Positions 8,488-16,988 of a stretch of DNA of 54,851 bases are shown here, in pieces. Source of the stretch: Candidatus Hadarchaeum sp. (GTDB lineage: Archaea > Hadarchaeota > Hadarchaeia > Hadarchaeales > Hadarchaeaceae); contig NZ_JAVZIN010000011.1 of assembly GCF_038871235.1 (NCBI RefSeq), positions 1 to 54,851 on the forward strand, read 5' to 3'. The translations under genes and the position numbers were made by a program. The notes beneath the pieces were generated by a model. That model was not told the origin of the DNA. It saw only the letters and a list, made by a program, of their open reading frames with translations, and searched no databases. Numbering within the stretch: the first letter of the stretch is position 1; every line of letters starts with the position of its first letter.

Positions 8488-10811
8488 GGGACTTCAAAAT
8501 AGTGGGTAAAAGGGTCAAAAAAATCGACGCGGCACTTCTGGCGAGAGGTAAACCCCTGTTCACGGACGACATAAAGCTCGAAGACATGCTCCACGCGCGG
8601 ATCCTCTGGAGCCCACACGCCCACGCGCGCATCAGAAACATCGACACCAGCGAGGCCGAGGCGCTGCCTGGAGTTCACGCGGTGCTCTGTTACAAGAATG
8701 TACCCCGTGTGCTGTACACGAGCGCTGGGCAGGGCTGGCCGGAGCCGTCGCCTTACGACATGGTCATGTTCGACAACAAGGTGCGCTACGTTGGCGACCG
8801 CGTGGCAGCCGTGGCGGCAGAAACTGAAGAGATCGCCGAAAAAGCTCTCCGCCTGATCAAGGTCGATTACGAAATTTTACCGGCAGTTTTCGACCCGGAA
8901 AAAGCGATGGAGGAAGGAGCACCGGTAATCCATGATGAACCTGACTGCCGACAGTTGTTGCCCCTTTTCTATGACCCAAAACACAACCACTGCGCCCACA
9001 TCGAAGTTAAGACTGGGGACCCCGAACGAGGTCTGAAAGAGGCCGACGTCGTGGTCGAACACACGATCAAGAACCACTACGCCCAGCACTGCGCTCTGGA
9101 ACCGCATTCCTGCATTAGCTATCTAGATCATACGGGGCGCCTTGTCGTCCGCAGCTCAACGCAGGTGCCCTACTACGCGCGCAGGATTATTGCCCACTGC
9201 TTACAACTTCCAGAGAGGATGGTTCGGGTGATCAAACCAAGGATTGGCGGTGGCTTTGGATCCAAGCAGGAGATCGTTGTTGAGGACGTCTGCGCCATGT
9301 TCACGCTGAGGACGAAACGACCCGTGAGGCTCGTCTTCAACAGGCCCGAGGTCTTCGTCTCCACGAGGACCCGCCACCCGATGATAATGAAAGTGAAAAC
9401 CGGGGTGAAGAAGGACGGAACCGTCACCGCAATCGAGATGCGCGTGATTAGCAACACGGGGGCCTACGGTCCCCACTGCATGACCGTCCTCGGCAGCACC
9501 TGTGCCAAGACGCTGCCTCTCTACAGGTGCCAGAACATCAAGTTCATCGGCGACACTGTCTATACCAACCTCCTCAACGCTGGGGCCTACCGGGGCTACG
9601 GGGTCCTGCAGGGCACCTTCGCCATGGGGATCATGATGGACGAGATGGCCCACGCGATCGGCATGGACCCGGTTGAATTCTGGAAGAAGAACACCATAAG
9701 GGTCGGGGAAACTTCGCCCATCTTCAGCGCGCTGAGCGAGATCGGCAAGGGCGCCGAGCAGAAGGTGGACAGTTGCGCCTTGCCTGAATGCATCGACCGG
9801 GGCGCGGAGGCCTTCGGGTGGAAGGAAAAACGTGAGCGCTACCGCAATCAACCTGACGGTCCCCTCAGGCGCGGCGTGGGTATGGTCTGCACCGTGCACG
9901 GCGGCACCGTCGCCCTCTTGGATGCCAGCTCGGTCACCGCGAAGATGAACGAGGACGGCTCCTTCAACCTCCTCATCAGCGCCAGCGATGTCGGTGGCGG
10001 CTGCGACACCGTGCTCTCCCAGATCTTCGCCGAGGCGCTGGACATCCCGCTGGAGGATGTGGTCATCTACGCCACCGACACCGACGTGACCCCCTATGAC
10101 AAGGGTGCCTACGCCTCAGGAACCACTTACCTCTCCGGGCTGGCCGTCATCAAAACTGCTGAGGAAATCAAGAAGCAGATACTCCGAGTGGCTTCGGAGA
10201 TGCTCAACGAACCACCTGAGAACCTGAAGCTGGAAAACAAAGGAGTGGTGTCGACCAAAAGCGGCAGCAGGGTGGAGTTCAGCCAGATCGCCAGACGAGC
10301 CATGTACAGTAAGAACCAGTTCCAGATCGCGGCGACGGCTTCAGAGTACAGCCACCTGCACCCACAGACCTTCACAGCCCAATTTGCCGAGGTCGAAGTC
10401 GATAAGGAGACGGGACAGGTCAAAGTTCTCTCGTATGTCTGTGCAGTTGACTGCGGGACGGCCATAAACCCGACTCTGGCTGAAGGTCAGGTAGAGGGGT
10501 CAATTGTCAACGGGATAAGCTACGCGCTCACCGAGGAATTTATCTTCGATGAAAACGGCCGGGTGTTAAATCCCAACTTCAGAGACTATAAAATATTCTC
10601 CGCGCCCGACATTCCCAAAATAAAGACTATCCTCGTGCCTAGCTATGATCCCACGGGTCCCTTTGGTGCCAAGCCCATCGGCGAGCCGGCCATCGATGGA
10701 GTTCTGCCCACCATTTCCAACGCCATCTACAACGCCATTGGCATCAGGTTCACCGAGTCCCCCTTCACACCTGAGAAGGTCCTCCGGGCAATAAAGCAGA
10801 GGAAGAGGTAA
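8484..10811 (+). CDS. Xanthine dehydrogenase-family molybdopterin-binding large subunit
   Basis: 'SPHAHARI', 'IGGGFGSK', 'AYRGYG', 'DCGTAINP..AEGQVEG', 'GPFGAKPIGE'. ATGA overlap with the small-subunit gene. Confidence 0.93.
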   Translation: MRDFKIVGKRVKKIDAALLARGKPLFTDDIKLEDMLHARILWSPHAHARIRNIDTSEAEALPGVHAVLCYKNVPRVLYTSAGQGWPEPSPYDMVMFDNKVRYVGDRVAAVAAETEEIAEKALRLIKVDYEILPAVFDPEKAMEEGAPVIHDEPDCRQLLPLFYDPKHNHCAHIEVKTGDPERGLKEADVVVEHTIKNHYAQHCALEPHSCISYLDHTGRLVVRSSTQVPYYARRIIAHCLQLPERMVRVIKPRIGGGFGSKQEIVVEDVCAMFTLRTKRPVRLVFNRPEVFVSTRTRHPMIMKVKTGVKKDGTVTAIEMRVISNTGAYGPHCMTVLGSTCAKTLPLYRCQNIKFIGDTVYTNLLNAGAYRGYGVLQGTFAMGIMMDEMAHAIGMDPVEFWKKNTIRVGETSPIFSALSEIGKGAEQKVDSCALPECIDRGAEAFGWKEKRERYRNQPDGPLRRGVGMVCTVHGGTVALLDASSVTAKMNEDGSFNLLISASDVGGGCDTVLSQIFAEALDIPLEDVVIYATDTDVTPYDKGAYASGTTYLSGLAVIKTAEEIKKQILRVASEMLNEPPENLKLENKGVVSTKSGSRVEFSQIARRAMYSKNQFQIAATASEYSHLHPQTFTAQFAEVEVDKETGQVKVLSYVCAVDCGTAINPTLAEGQVEGSIVNGISYALTEEFIFDENGRVLNPNFRDYKIFSAPDIPKIKTILVPSYDPTGPFGAKPIGEPAIDGVLPTISNAIYNAIGIRFTESPFTPEKVLRAIKQRKR

Positions 10812-10874
10812 CATCGCCGCCCGCTAACAAATTATATAAGATGGAAAACTGCCTCAAACTTGGTTGGTGGAGTC

Positions 10875-11246
10875 TTGACCGACAATAACGAGATTCTGGA
10901 GGAGCTGCGCCAGATCAGGAAGCTTTTGGAGCCAAAGCCTGCACCACCCGCCCCAGCAAAGAAGGGCCTCATCGCGGAGTTTTTGGATTTCATCACCAAG
11001 TACAAGGTGCTGGGGATGGCCGTGGCCTTCATCATCGGTCTCTATCTGGGTGCTCTAGTACAGGCTCTGGTGATTGACCTGATAATGCCGATAATCCAGT
11101 TGGGGGTTCCGGGAACGATGTGGGAGGCCATCGAGATCGGTCCCTTCAGAGTCGGCCATTTCATCGGCGCATTGATGACCTTTCTGATAGTGGCGCTGGT
11201 GATCTTCCTCATCGTGAAAATGACCAAAAGGTGGGGCCTCGAGTAA
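10875..11246 (+). CDS. mscL: Large-conductance mechanosensitive channel MscL family
   Basis: 'EF.DFI....VLGMAVAFIIG...LV..L..DLIMPII...G.FI.AL..FLIVALVIFLIVK'. TTG 10875 follows GGTGG. Confidence 0.88.
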   Translation: MTDNNEILEELRQIRKLLEPKPAPPAPAKKGLIAEFLDFITKYKVLGMAVAFIIGLYLGALVQALVIDLIMPIIQLGVPGTMWEAIEIGPFRVGHFIGALMTFLIVALVIFLIVKMTKRWGLE

Positions 11247-11266
11247 ACCGGATCCGTATCCAGTTT

Positions 11267-11965
11267 TCACCTTTTCATTTTTTCAGCCTTGGCCAGCAGC
11301 AGCAGGCCGAGCACGGCGTCCTCCTTCCGCGGCGTCTCTATCGCAAAATGCAGCGCCAGAAATCTGGCCCGCTGGAGCCTGCTCTCGTACTCCTGCGGAA
11401 TCAGCCCCTCAAGACCTTGCAGAGCCGCATGTCCCTGCTGAAGCAACTCAGAACCCGCGATTCCTGAGACCTCAACCGTCGTCTGCTCGGGTAAAAGGCA
11501 TTTTCCACATTCCCCCGAGGCACAATTTATTACTGGCTCTCCACAAACGTTGCAGACCACTGCCGCCCAGATCAGGCGCGACACGGCGTTGGCCACCCTC
11601 AGTATCTCCTCGCGGTCCCTCGCCTGTTGGATCTTTATCTTCCCGTTCCTGAAGATGCTGATGTCCCGACCGCCCCACCTCAGCTTGGCCACACCTAAAT
11701 TCTCGCTGCATCTGAGGTCGGAAAAGCGGTGGCGGTGGATCCTCAGCAACGAGCAGAGCTTCTCTGAGTCCAGAAACCTTGAATCGGTCTCCTTGGTGAG
11801 CTCTATGTCGGCCATCAGCTTACCCCGCTCTGAGGTGCACGGGTGTACATAAAGCAAGGCTTCCTTTCTGACCCCGACCAAGTCCTTAACATCGATGCCC
11901 TTGGTAACCAGACAGTCGTCCCTGAACTTTGGAACTGTAAGCCTCTCCTCGACCAACGATATCAT
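11267..11965 (-). CDS. Cys-rich putative Fe-S/metal-binding protein coupled to iscU
   Basis: 'HPC....GK.MADIEL...ISIFRNGKI.I..A.D.EE' plus CxxC-x6-C-x4-CxxC. ATGA overlap with iscU. Confidence 0.65.
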   Translation of the reverse strand: MISLVEERLTVPKFRDDCLVTKGIDVKDLVGVRKEALLYVHPCTSERGKLMADIELTKETDSRFLDSEKLCSLLRIHRHRFSDLRCSENLGVAKLRWGGRDISIFRNGKIKIQQARDREEILRVANAVSRLIWAAVVCNVCGEPVINCASGECGKCLLPEQTTVEVSGIAGSELLQQGHAALQGLEGLIPQEYESRLQRARFLALHFAIETPRKEDAVLGLLLLAKAEKMKR

Positions 11966-12375
11966 CCCTGAGAAACCGTGCTGGATTTATGGTATTCGGC
12001 GAGCGCCTTCTTCAGGGTTTTATAGGAAAGCACGGCGCAGTGCATCTTTATCGCCGGCAATCCGCCCAGCGCCTCGGCGATTTCCTTGATCTGCAGCTTT
12101 TCCGCCTCGGCCACCGTCTTCCCCTTAATCAAGTCCACAGTGACGTCACCGGTGGCTATGTTGGCCGCGCACCCAAAGGAGAGAAACTTGGCGTCAACTA
12201 TGCGGTTATTTTCGATCTTCAAAAACATCCGGAACATGTCCCCGCACTGTGGGTCACCCTCCTCCGCCACCACGGTCGGGTTCTCCATCTCACCGATGTT
12301 CTTCGGATTCCGGAAGCGCTCGAGCAGCTTTTCGCTATACTTAAGCATTCCCCTCTCAGTATATTCCACAGTCAT
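11962..12375 (-). CDS. iscU: Fe-S scaffold IscU/NifU-N
   Basis: 'YSEK...F.NPKNIG', 'G.PQCGD', 'FGCAA', 'LP.IKMHC'. Confidence 0.95.
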   Translation of the reverse strand: MTVEYTERGMLKYSEKLLERFRNPKNIGEMENPTVVAEEGDPQCGDMFRMFLKIENNRIVDAKFLSFGCAANIATGDVTVDLIKGKTVAEAEKLQIKEIAEALGGLPAIKMHCAVLSYKTLKKALAEYHKSSTVSQG

Positions 12376-12384
12376 TTCGACACC

Positions 12385-13554
12385 TCACAGCTGCTCCGGC
12401 TTCACCGGGCTTATCCTCCTGAGCTGTTCCACCACGCGCGGCACCACGCTCAGCGTGTAGTCTATTTCCTCCTCGGTGTTATATCGGCTCAGGGTAAACC
12501 TTATCGTCCCGTGGGCCACCGCCGCCTTGACCCCGATCGCCGTGAGGACATGGCTGGGCTCCAGCTTGGTCGTGGAACAGGCAGATCCCGTGGCAACCGA
12601 AATCCCGTTGAGATCAAGGTGCAGCATCATCGATTCCCCCTCCACACCCTTGAAGGAGCAGCTAACGTTCGCCGGGCTGCGCTTCTCCCCGCGCGGGCCG
12701 TTGATCACCGTATGAGGAATCTCCTCCAAGCCGGCCATCAGCCTGTCGCGCAGCCTCCTCATGTTGAAAATATCGCGATCAAAATTCTCAGCCATCAGCT
12801 CAGCGGCCCTACCAAACCCTACTATGCCGGGAACATTCTCGGTCCCAGGTTTCAATTTGAACATGGAGATGTAACCGTAGGAAACCGGCTCAATTGGTGT
12901 GTTCTCCGTGATGAAGAGGGCGCCAACTCCTTTGGGGCCGTGAACCTTGTGGGCGCTCAGGCTTAACAAGTCTGCACCAATTTTCCTCACATCAATCCTC
13001 ACTCGACCATAGCCCGCCGCAGCGTTGACGTGAAAGTATATTTTCTCCTTTCGCCCCCGCAGAATTTCACCGATCTCATCCACCGGCTGAATGGTGCCGA
13101 TCTCGTCGTTAACGTTGGCCACGCTTACCAGTATCGTCTCCTCGGTCAACCTTTTTTCAAGCTCAGCGATATCAACAAATCCCTCACCATCGACGGGAAG
13201 ATAGTCGACCCTGAAGCCTTCCTTCTCCAGCCTCTCGCAGACCCTGAGCACCGATGGGTTCTCCACCTTGGTGGTTATGATGTGACGCCCGCGGTGGCGG
13301 TTAGCATAGGCAACACCGCGGATGGCCATGTCGTTGGCCTGAGTTGCCCCCGAAGTGAAGATTACCTCCTCAGGTTTGGCGTTGATAGTTTCTGCGATGG
13401 CCCGCTGCGATCTCTCCACGGCCTCCGCGGCCTCCAAACCAAGTGAATAGGGAAAAATAGGATGGCCGAACTTCTCGGTAAAATAGGGTAGCATAGCGTC
13501 AACGACTTCCTTGGCAACTTGGGTGGTCGTGCCATTGTCCAGATAGACCCTCAC
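12385..13554 (-). CDS. iscS: Cysteine desulfurase IscS/NifS family (atypical PLP pocket)
   Basis: 'YLDN..TT', 'FTSGAT', 'SAHKVHGPKGVG', 'GSACS', 'PSHVL.A.G'. Confidence 0.9.
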   Translation of the reverse strand: MRVYLDNGTTTQVAKEVVDAMLPYFTEKFGHPIFPYSLGLEAAEAVERSQRAIAETINAKPEEVIFTSGATQANDMAIRGVAYANRHRGRHIITTKVENPSVLRVCERLEKEGFRVDYLPVDGEGFVDIAELEKRLTEETILVSVANVNDEIGTIQPVDEIGEILRGRKEKIYFHVNAAAGYGRVRIDVRKIGADLLSLSAHKVHGPKGVGALFITENTPIEPVSYGYISMFKLKPGTENVPGIVGFGRAAELMAENFDRDIFNMRRLRDRLMAGLEEIPHTVINGPRGEKRSPANVSCSFKGVEGESMMLHLDLNGISVATGSACSTTKLEPSHVLTAIGVKAAVAHGTIRFTLSRYNTEEEIDYTLSVVPRVVEQLRRISPVKPEQL

Positions 13555-13632
13555 GCGAGCACCAAGGGATAATAACCCCTTTATAGCTTATACTTTTTAT
13601 TCCCGCCAGCGCTGTTTATTTGTGATGATCTC

Positions 13633-14133
13633 ATGGAAGAGTTGACCTTCCGGGCTGCCTACGCGATTTTTGGGGCGGCTCTCTTTGTCCTCCTACTCTT
13701 CATTTTCAGCCGCAAACTCGACCGCAGGACTTTTTTGATTCCGGTAGTAGTGGGCTTCATCTTCTCCGCCGTCACAGCTCAACTCATCGGCGGCGGCGTG
13801 GCTTCTCCCCTCTTCGGCGGCGTCTTGACGGGATACCTGATAAAAAACACCACTGAATGGAAGACGCTCTTTCGGGCTGGTGCCGTTAACGCAACCATAA
13901 CCTTGGCTGTACTGTTCGTGCCCATTCACCTCTTTCTCTACCAAACCAGTCTTCCAGATATCCTAGCGATGATCTCCACAGCCGGATACACGGTAAACGC
14001 GGAGCAGCTTCTCTACCTGCTCATCGGTAACTTCCTCCTCTACTACGTGACCATCTTCATCGTCCTCACTGGGCTGGGCGCCATCTTGGGGAGCTACCTG
14101 CGCAGGGTTTTGATGCCCGCCAAGCAACCTTGA
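13633..14133 (+). CDS. Hypothetical multi-pass membrane protein
   Basis: About 5 hydrophobic segments, GTGA RBS. Confidence 0.75.
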   Translation: MEELTFRAAYAIFGAALFVLLLFIFSRKLDRRTFLIPVVVGFIFSAVTAQLIGGGVASPLFGGVLTGYLIKNTTEWKTLFRAGAVNATITLAVLFVPIHLFLYQTSLPDILAMISTAGYTVNAEQLLYLLIGNFLLYYVTIFIVLTGLGAILGSYLRRVLMPAKQP

Positions 14134-14202
14134 CGGCCGCCATTGATCCTAGCGGCACTAAAAACCGCAATCCATTTATCCGAAAAGAGCTGACGATTTC
14201 AC

Positions 14203-14436
14203 GGTAGCGGGAGAGCTACCCTCCGTAGCGAGCCTAGTGCCTACAAGGGTAGGGCAGCATGGAGTGCCCGCCGGTCGTGGGAAAACCACGGGCGAAGCTC
14301 ATAAGGCGTCAAGCCGTGAGTTTGGCGCTCCTGCGACACCCGGAGACATTCGTGCCAAAAGGCATGGATGCCGGAAGTCGGTGGTTCAAGAGAAGGCGGC
14401 GGCAAGCCGGCTTCTGAAGTTCCACCCCCCGCTACC
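14203..14436 (+). ncRNA. Unassigned highly structured ~234-nt RNA
   Basis: GC-rich intergenic segment closed by GGTAGCGGG/CCCGCTACC, with at least 7 internal helices. G-U wobbles work only on the + strand. TATA-like TTTATCC at 14175. Confidence 0.7.
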
Positions 14437-14528
14437 ATCCCAAAACTGATTTTTATAGCCATAACGCCGCACCACTTGAGACCAAAAATCTCTTCTCCTT
14501 TACCGCCGAAAATTAAGGGGATGATAGC

Positions 14529-15116
14529 ATGGTCGACTTCTTCTTCATCGTGTTCTTAACCTTTCTCTTCGGGCCTCTAGGCTCCACGCCCTACTGCTTT
14601 TCCCAGGGACTGTCCATCCTTGAAACGGCGCTTCTGGTGAGCATCGTCCACGCCGCCCTTGTCCCGATCTGGTTCCTCATCTTGGAGGCCATTCGCTACC
14701 GGTTAATCTACGAGAACCGTCTGATCAAAAGGATCGCTCGTAGTGCCTGGACTAGGTCGGAGAGACTCCGGGCCAGCCTAGAGAAAAACACCCGAGAATT
14801 TGAACGACGGGTGGGTCAGAAGGGATTCGGGATTGGTGTAATGGCATTCACCTTTACCTTCGGCGTCTCCTGGGCCGCCCTCGCCGCCGTGATGCTCAAC
14901 ATAAAGAAAAGCACCATAATTTACTCCATTGCCGTGGGTGCGGTGGCCTCAAGCGTCTTCACCGCAGTCACCCTAGGAACCGTCGGAACACTGCTGCCCA
15001 GCCCTTGGCTCCTCTACCTCGTCGGCGTGGGCATCATCCTATTAATATTCGGCTACCAGAAATATCGCGAGCGCAGACTGTTGCGCGAGTTATCAAGGCC
15101 AAAAATGCTGCGATGA
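14529..15116 (+). CDS. Putative small multidrug-export-family membrane protein
   Basis: Hydrophobic N- and C-terminal blocks around a basic loop. 'G.GVMAF...GVSWAALAA..LNI'. Confidence 0.55.
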   Translation: MVDFFFIVFLTFLFGPLGSTPYCFSQGLSILETALLVSIVHAALVPIWFLILEAIRYRLIYENRLIKRIARSAWTRSERLRASLEKNTREFERRVGQKGFGIGVMAFTFTFGVSWAALAAVMLNIKKSTIIYSIAVGAVASSVFTAVTLGTVGTLLPSPWLLYLVGVGIILLIFGYQKYRERRLLRELSRPKMLR

Positions 15117-15126
15117 TTAGTCCAAT

Positions 15127-16269
15127 TCACTTGACTAGGCCGATGCTGTAGAGGTACTCCGCAGCCAGAACCGCGCCCTTCGCCGCACCCAGCTCGGTGT
15201 TGTGGGAAAGCACAGTGTACTGAAAGCCATTCTCGAAAACATTGGGCTCCACTCCACCGATGACGGCGACCATCCCTCCCTCGACCAAGCAGTCAAACCT
15301 CGGCTGCGGGCGGTCGACCGCCTCGGTGACGACGATGGGTTGCCTCGGCGCCGTGGGCAGGCCCAGCCGCTGCGGCTCGCCCCGGTAGTTCCTCCAAGCC
15401 TCCTTCAGCTCCTCAACGGTGCATTTATCCCTCGTCTCAATGAAGACCGACTCGGTATGACCGTCGAGAACAGGGACGCGGTTGCACTTGCAGGCTATCT
15501 TGAAGGAAGCCGGGACAATTCGGCCCTCGATGAAATCGCCGAGCAGCTTCACCGTTTCCCTCTTGACCTTCTCCTCCTCCCCCTTGATGTATGGGATCAC
15601 GTTGCCCTCAAAGGTCCCGGGAACATATTCCGGGGAGGGCTCAGGCAAGTTGCTGCCTTGGGCCCGTCGCTGACTTGCCCAGCTGCTGACCGCCGCGTAA
15701 CCAGCACCGGAAACTGCCTGCATTGACGCCATCGTCACCCTCTCCAGCCCGAACCTATCATAAATGGGCTTCAGGGACAAGGCCAAGCCGATGGTGGTGC
15801 AGTTGGGCTGCGGAACGACGAAGCCCTTCCAGCCTCGCCTCCTCTGCTGAATCTCGATGATCTTAACGTGTTTCTCGTTAACGCCGGGAAGATAGGTGAA
15901 GCTATCATCAAAATACCTGTAGGCCGAGGCCGTGCTGACGACCGGCTTCTCCCTAGCAATTTTACCCTCGACCCCAAGCGCCGTCTCCGAAGGCAGCGCG
16001 GAGAAAAAGAGGTCCACCTCATCCCCGCGGGCCTCGTTAACGTCCCTCACCTCTAGGTCAAGAATTCTCCTCTCGGGGGCGGCCTTGAGAAACCATCTGG
16101 ACTCCTCGGTGCCGAAGCCCAGCGCCTCGGCATAGCTCTTTCCGGCCGACCTCTCGGAGGCAAAGAGAGCAGAGATCTGGAACCACGGGTGGTTCTGCAG
16201 GTTCGCGACGAACTTCTGCCCCACTTCACCGGTCGCGCCCAGTATGCCCACGCTTATTCTTGCCACCAT
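15127..16269 (-). CDS. asd: Aspartate-semialdehyde dehydrogenase (archaeal type)
   Basis: 'VGILGATGEVGQ', 'PNCTT', 'MQAVSGAG', 'NVIPYI.GEEEK', 'CNRVPVLDGH', 'HNT..GAA'. AGGTG RBS before ATG 16269. Confidence 0.95.
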   Translation of the reverse strand: MVARISVGILGATGEVGQKFVANLQNHPWFQISALFASERSAGKSYAEALGFGTEESRWFLKAAPERRILDLEVRDVNEARGDEVDLFFSALPSETALGVEGKIAREKPVVSTASAYRYFDDSFTYLPGVNEKHVKIIEIQQRRRGWKGFVVPQPNCTTIGLALSLKPIYDRFGLERVTMASMQAVSGAGYAAVSSWASQRRAQGSNLPEPSPEYVPGTFEGNVIPYIKGEEEKVKRETVKLLGDFIEGRIVPASFKIACKCNRVPVLDGHTESVFIETRDKCTVEELKEAWRNYRGEPQRLGLPTAPRQPIVVTEAVDRPQPRFDCLVEGGMVAVIGGVEPNVFENGFQYTVLSHNTELGAAKGAVLAAEYLYSIGLVK

Positions 16270-16353
16270 CGCACCTGCCAAATTTTCGTCAATACTAAAA
16301 TTTATGAGCGAACACCTTTTAACAGTTACCTACCAAAATCAGCTGGTGATCGG

Positions 16354-16494
16354 TTGCCTCGCCGCAAATACGGGCACATGGTCGGGCCGCTGCCGCAGCC
16401 GCCGAAGCCGGAAAAATGCCGTTTCTGCAGATCCGGGCGACCCTGTCCCTTTCACAAACAGAACCAGCGCCTGCAGGACCATGTGCAGACCTAG
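16354..16494 (+). CDS. 46-aa CCCH zinc-finger-like microprotein
   Basis: GGTGA then TTG. Translates MPRRKYGHMVGPLPQPPKPEKCRFCRSGRPCPFHKQNQRLQDHVQT. Fills the gap between asd and the DUF6951-like gene. Confidence 0.55.
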   Translation: MPRRKYGHMVGPLPQPPKPEKCRFCRSGRPCPFHKQNQRLQDHVQT

Positions 16495-16512
16495 CGGGTC
16501 AAGATTTTAGGT

Positions 16513-16839
16513 CTACTCCTCGAAAATTATCTTGAGTTCCTTATTGCTCAGGGCCAAGTTCTTGGAAATGAGCTGATTTTCTATCCAGCAGGCGTTCATC
16601 ACGGCAACGGGAACAATGCAAGTGGGAGTCAAGTGGGCCTCGCGAGCCCTCGAAAAGACCGGGCTCGTCTCCGCCCGGTATAGGTCCTCCTTTCTCACCT
16701 CAGGCAGGCACTCACCATAATCCCTTATCTTAGCACAACTGCTCTCCAGCTTCACCTTTGTGGACCGACCATCTTTCACAACCGTGACCACCGTCTTAAA
16801 TCCACAAAGCCTGCTGTCAACGATTACCCTAGTTGTCAT
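16513..16839 (-). CDS. DUF6951-like small Cys-containing protein
   Basis: 'V.S.LCGFKT.V...V.LESSC..I...C.VP.AV.NA'. Confidence 0.7.
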   Translation of the reverse strand: MTTRVIVDSRLCGFKTVVTVVKDGRSTKVKLESSCAKIRDYGECLPEVRKEDLYRAETSPVFSRAREAHLTPTCIVPVAVMNACWIENQLISKNLALSNKELKIIFEE

Positions 16840-16988
16840 TTTTCATTACCTACGCTTTCCAACTGTTGCTTATAATATAAAATCTCTCCGAGGAAAGAGA
16901 GATAGCTCCAGTGTAAATTGGTGACAGTCAACTCGTGCCCCCGACAGAATTGAAACAATTCATAACATTTCTGAAAAATGAGTGTTGA

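Noticed and set aside
14203-14436. RNase P RNA or SRP RNA identity for the structured RNA (the minus strand contains CAGAAGCCGGCTT, resembling RNase P CR-V)
   Set aside because: That motif would sit at the 5' end of a minus-strand RNA, no CR-I partner is present, G-U pairs favour the + strand, and SRP helix 8 is absent.
14237-14559. Short ORFs over the structured RNA
   Set aside because: No RBS or protein-like features; better explained by GC-rich RNA structure.
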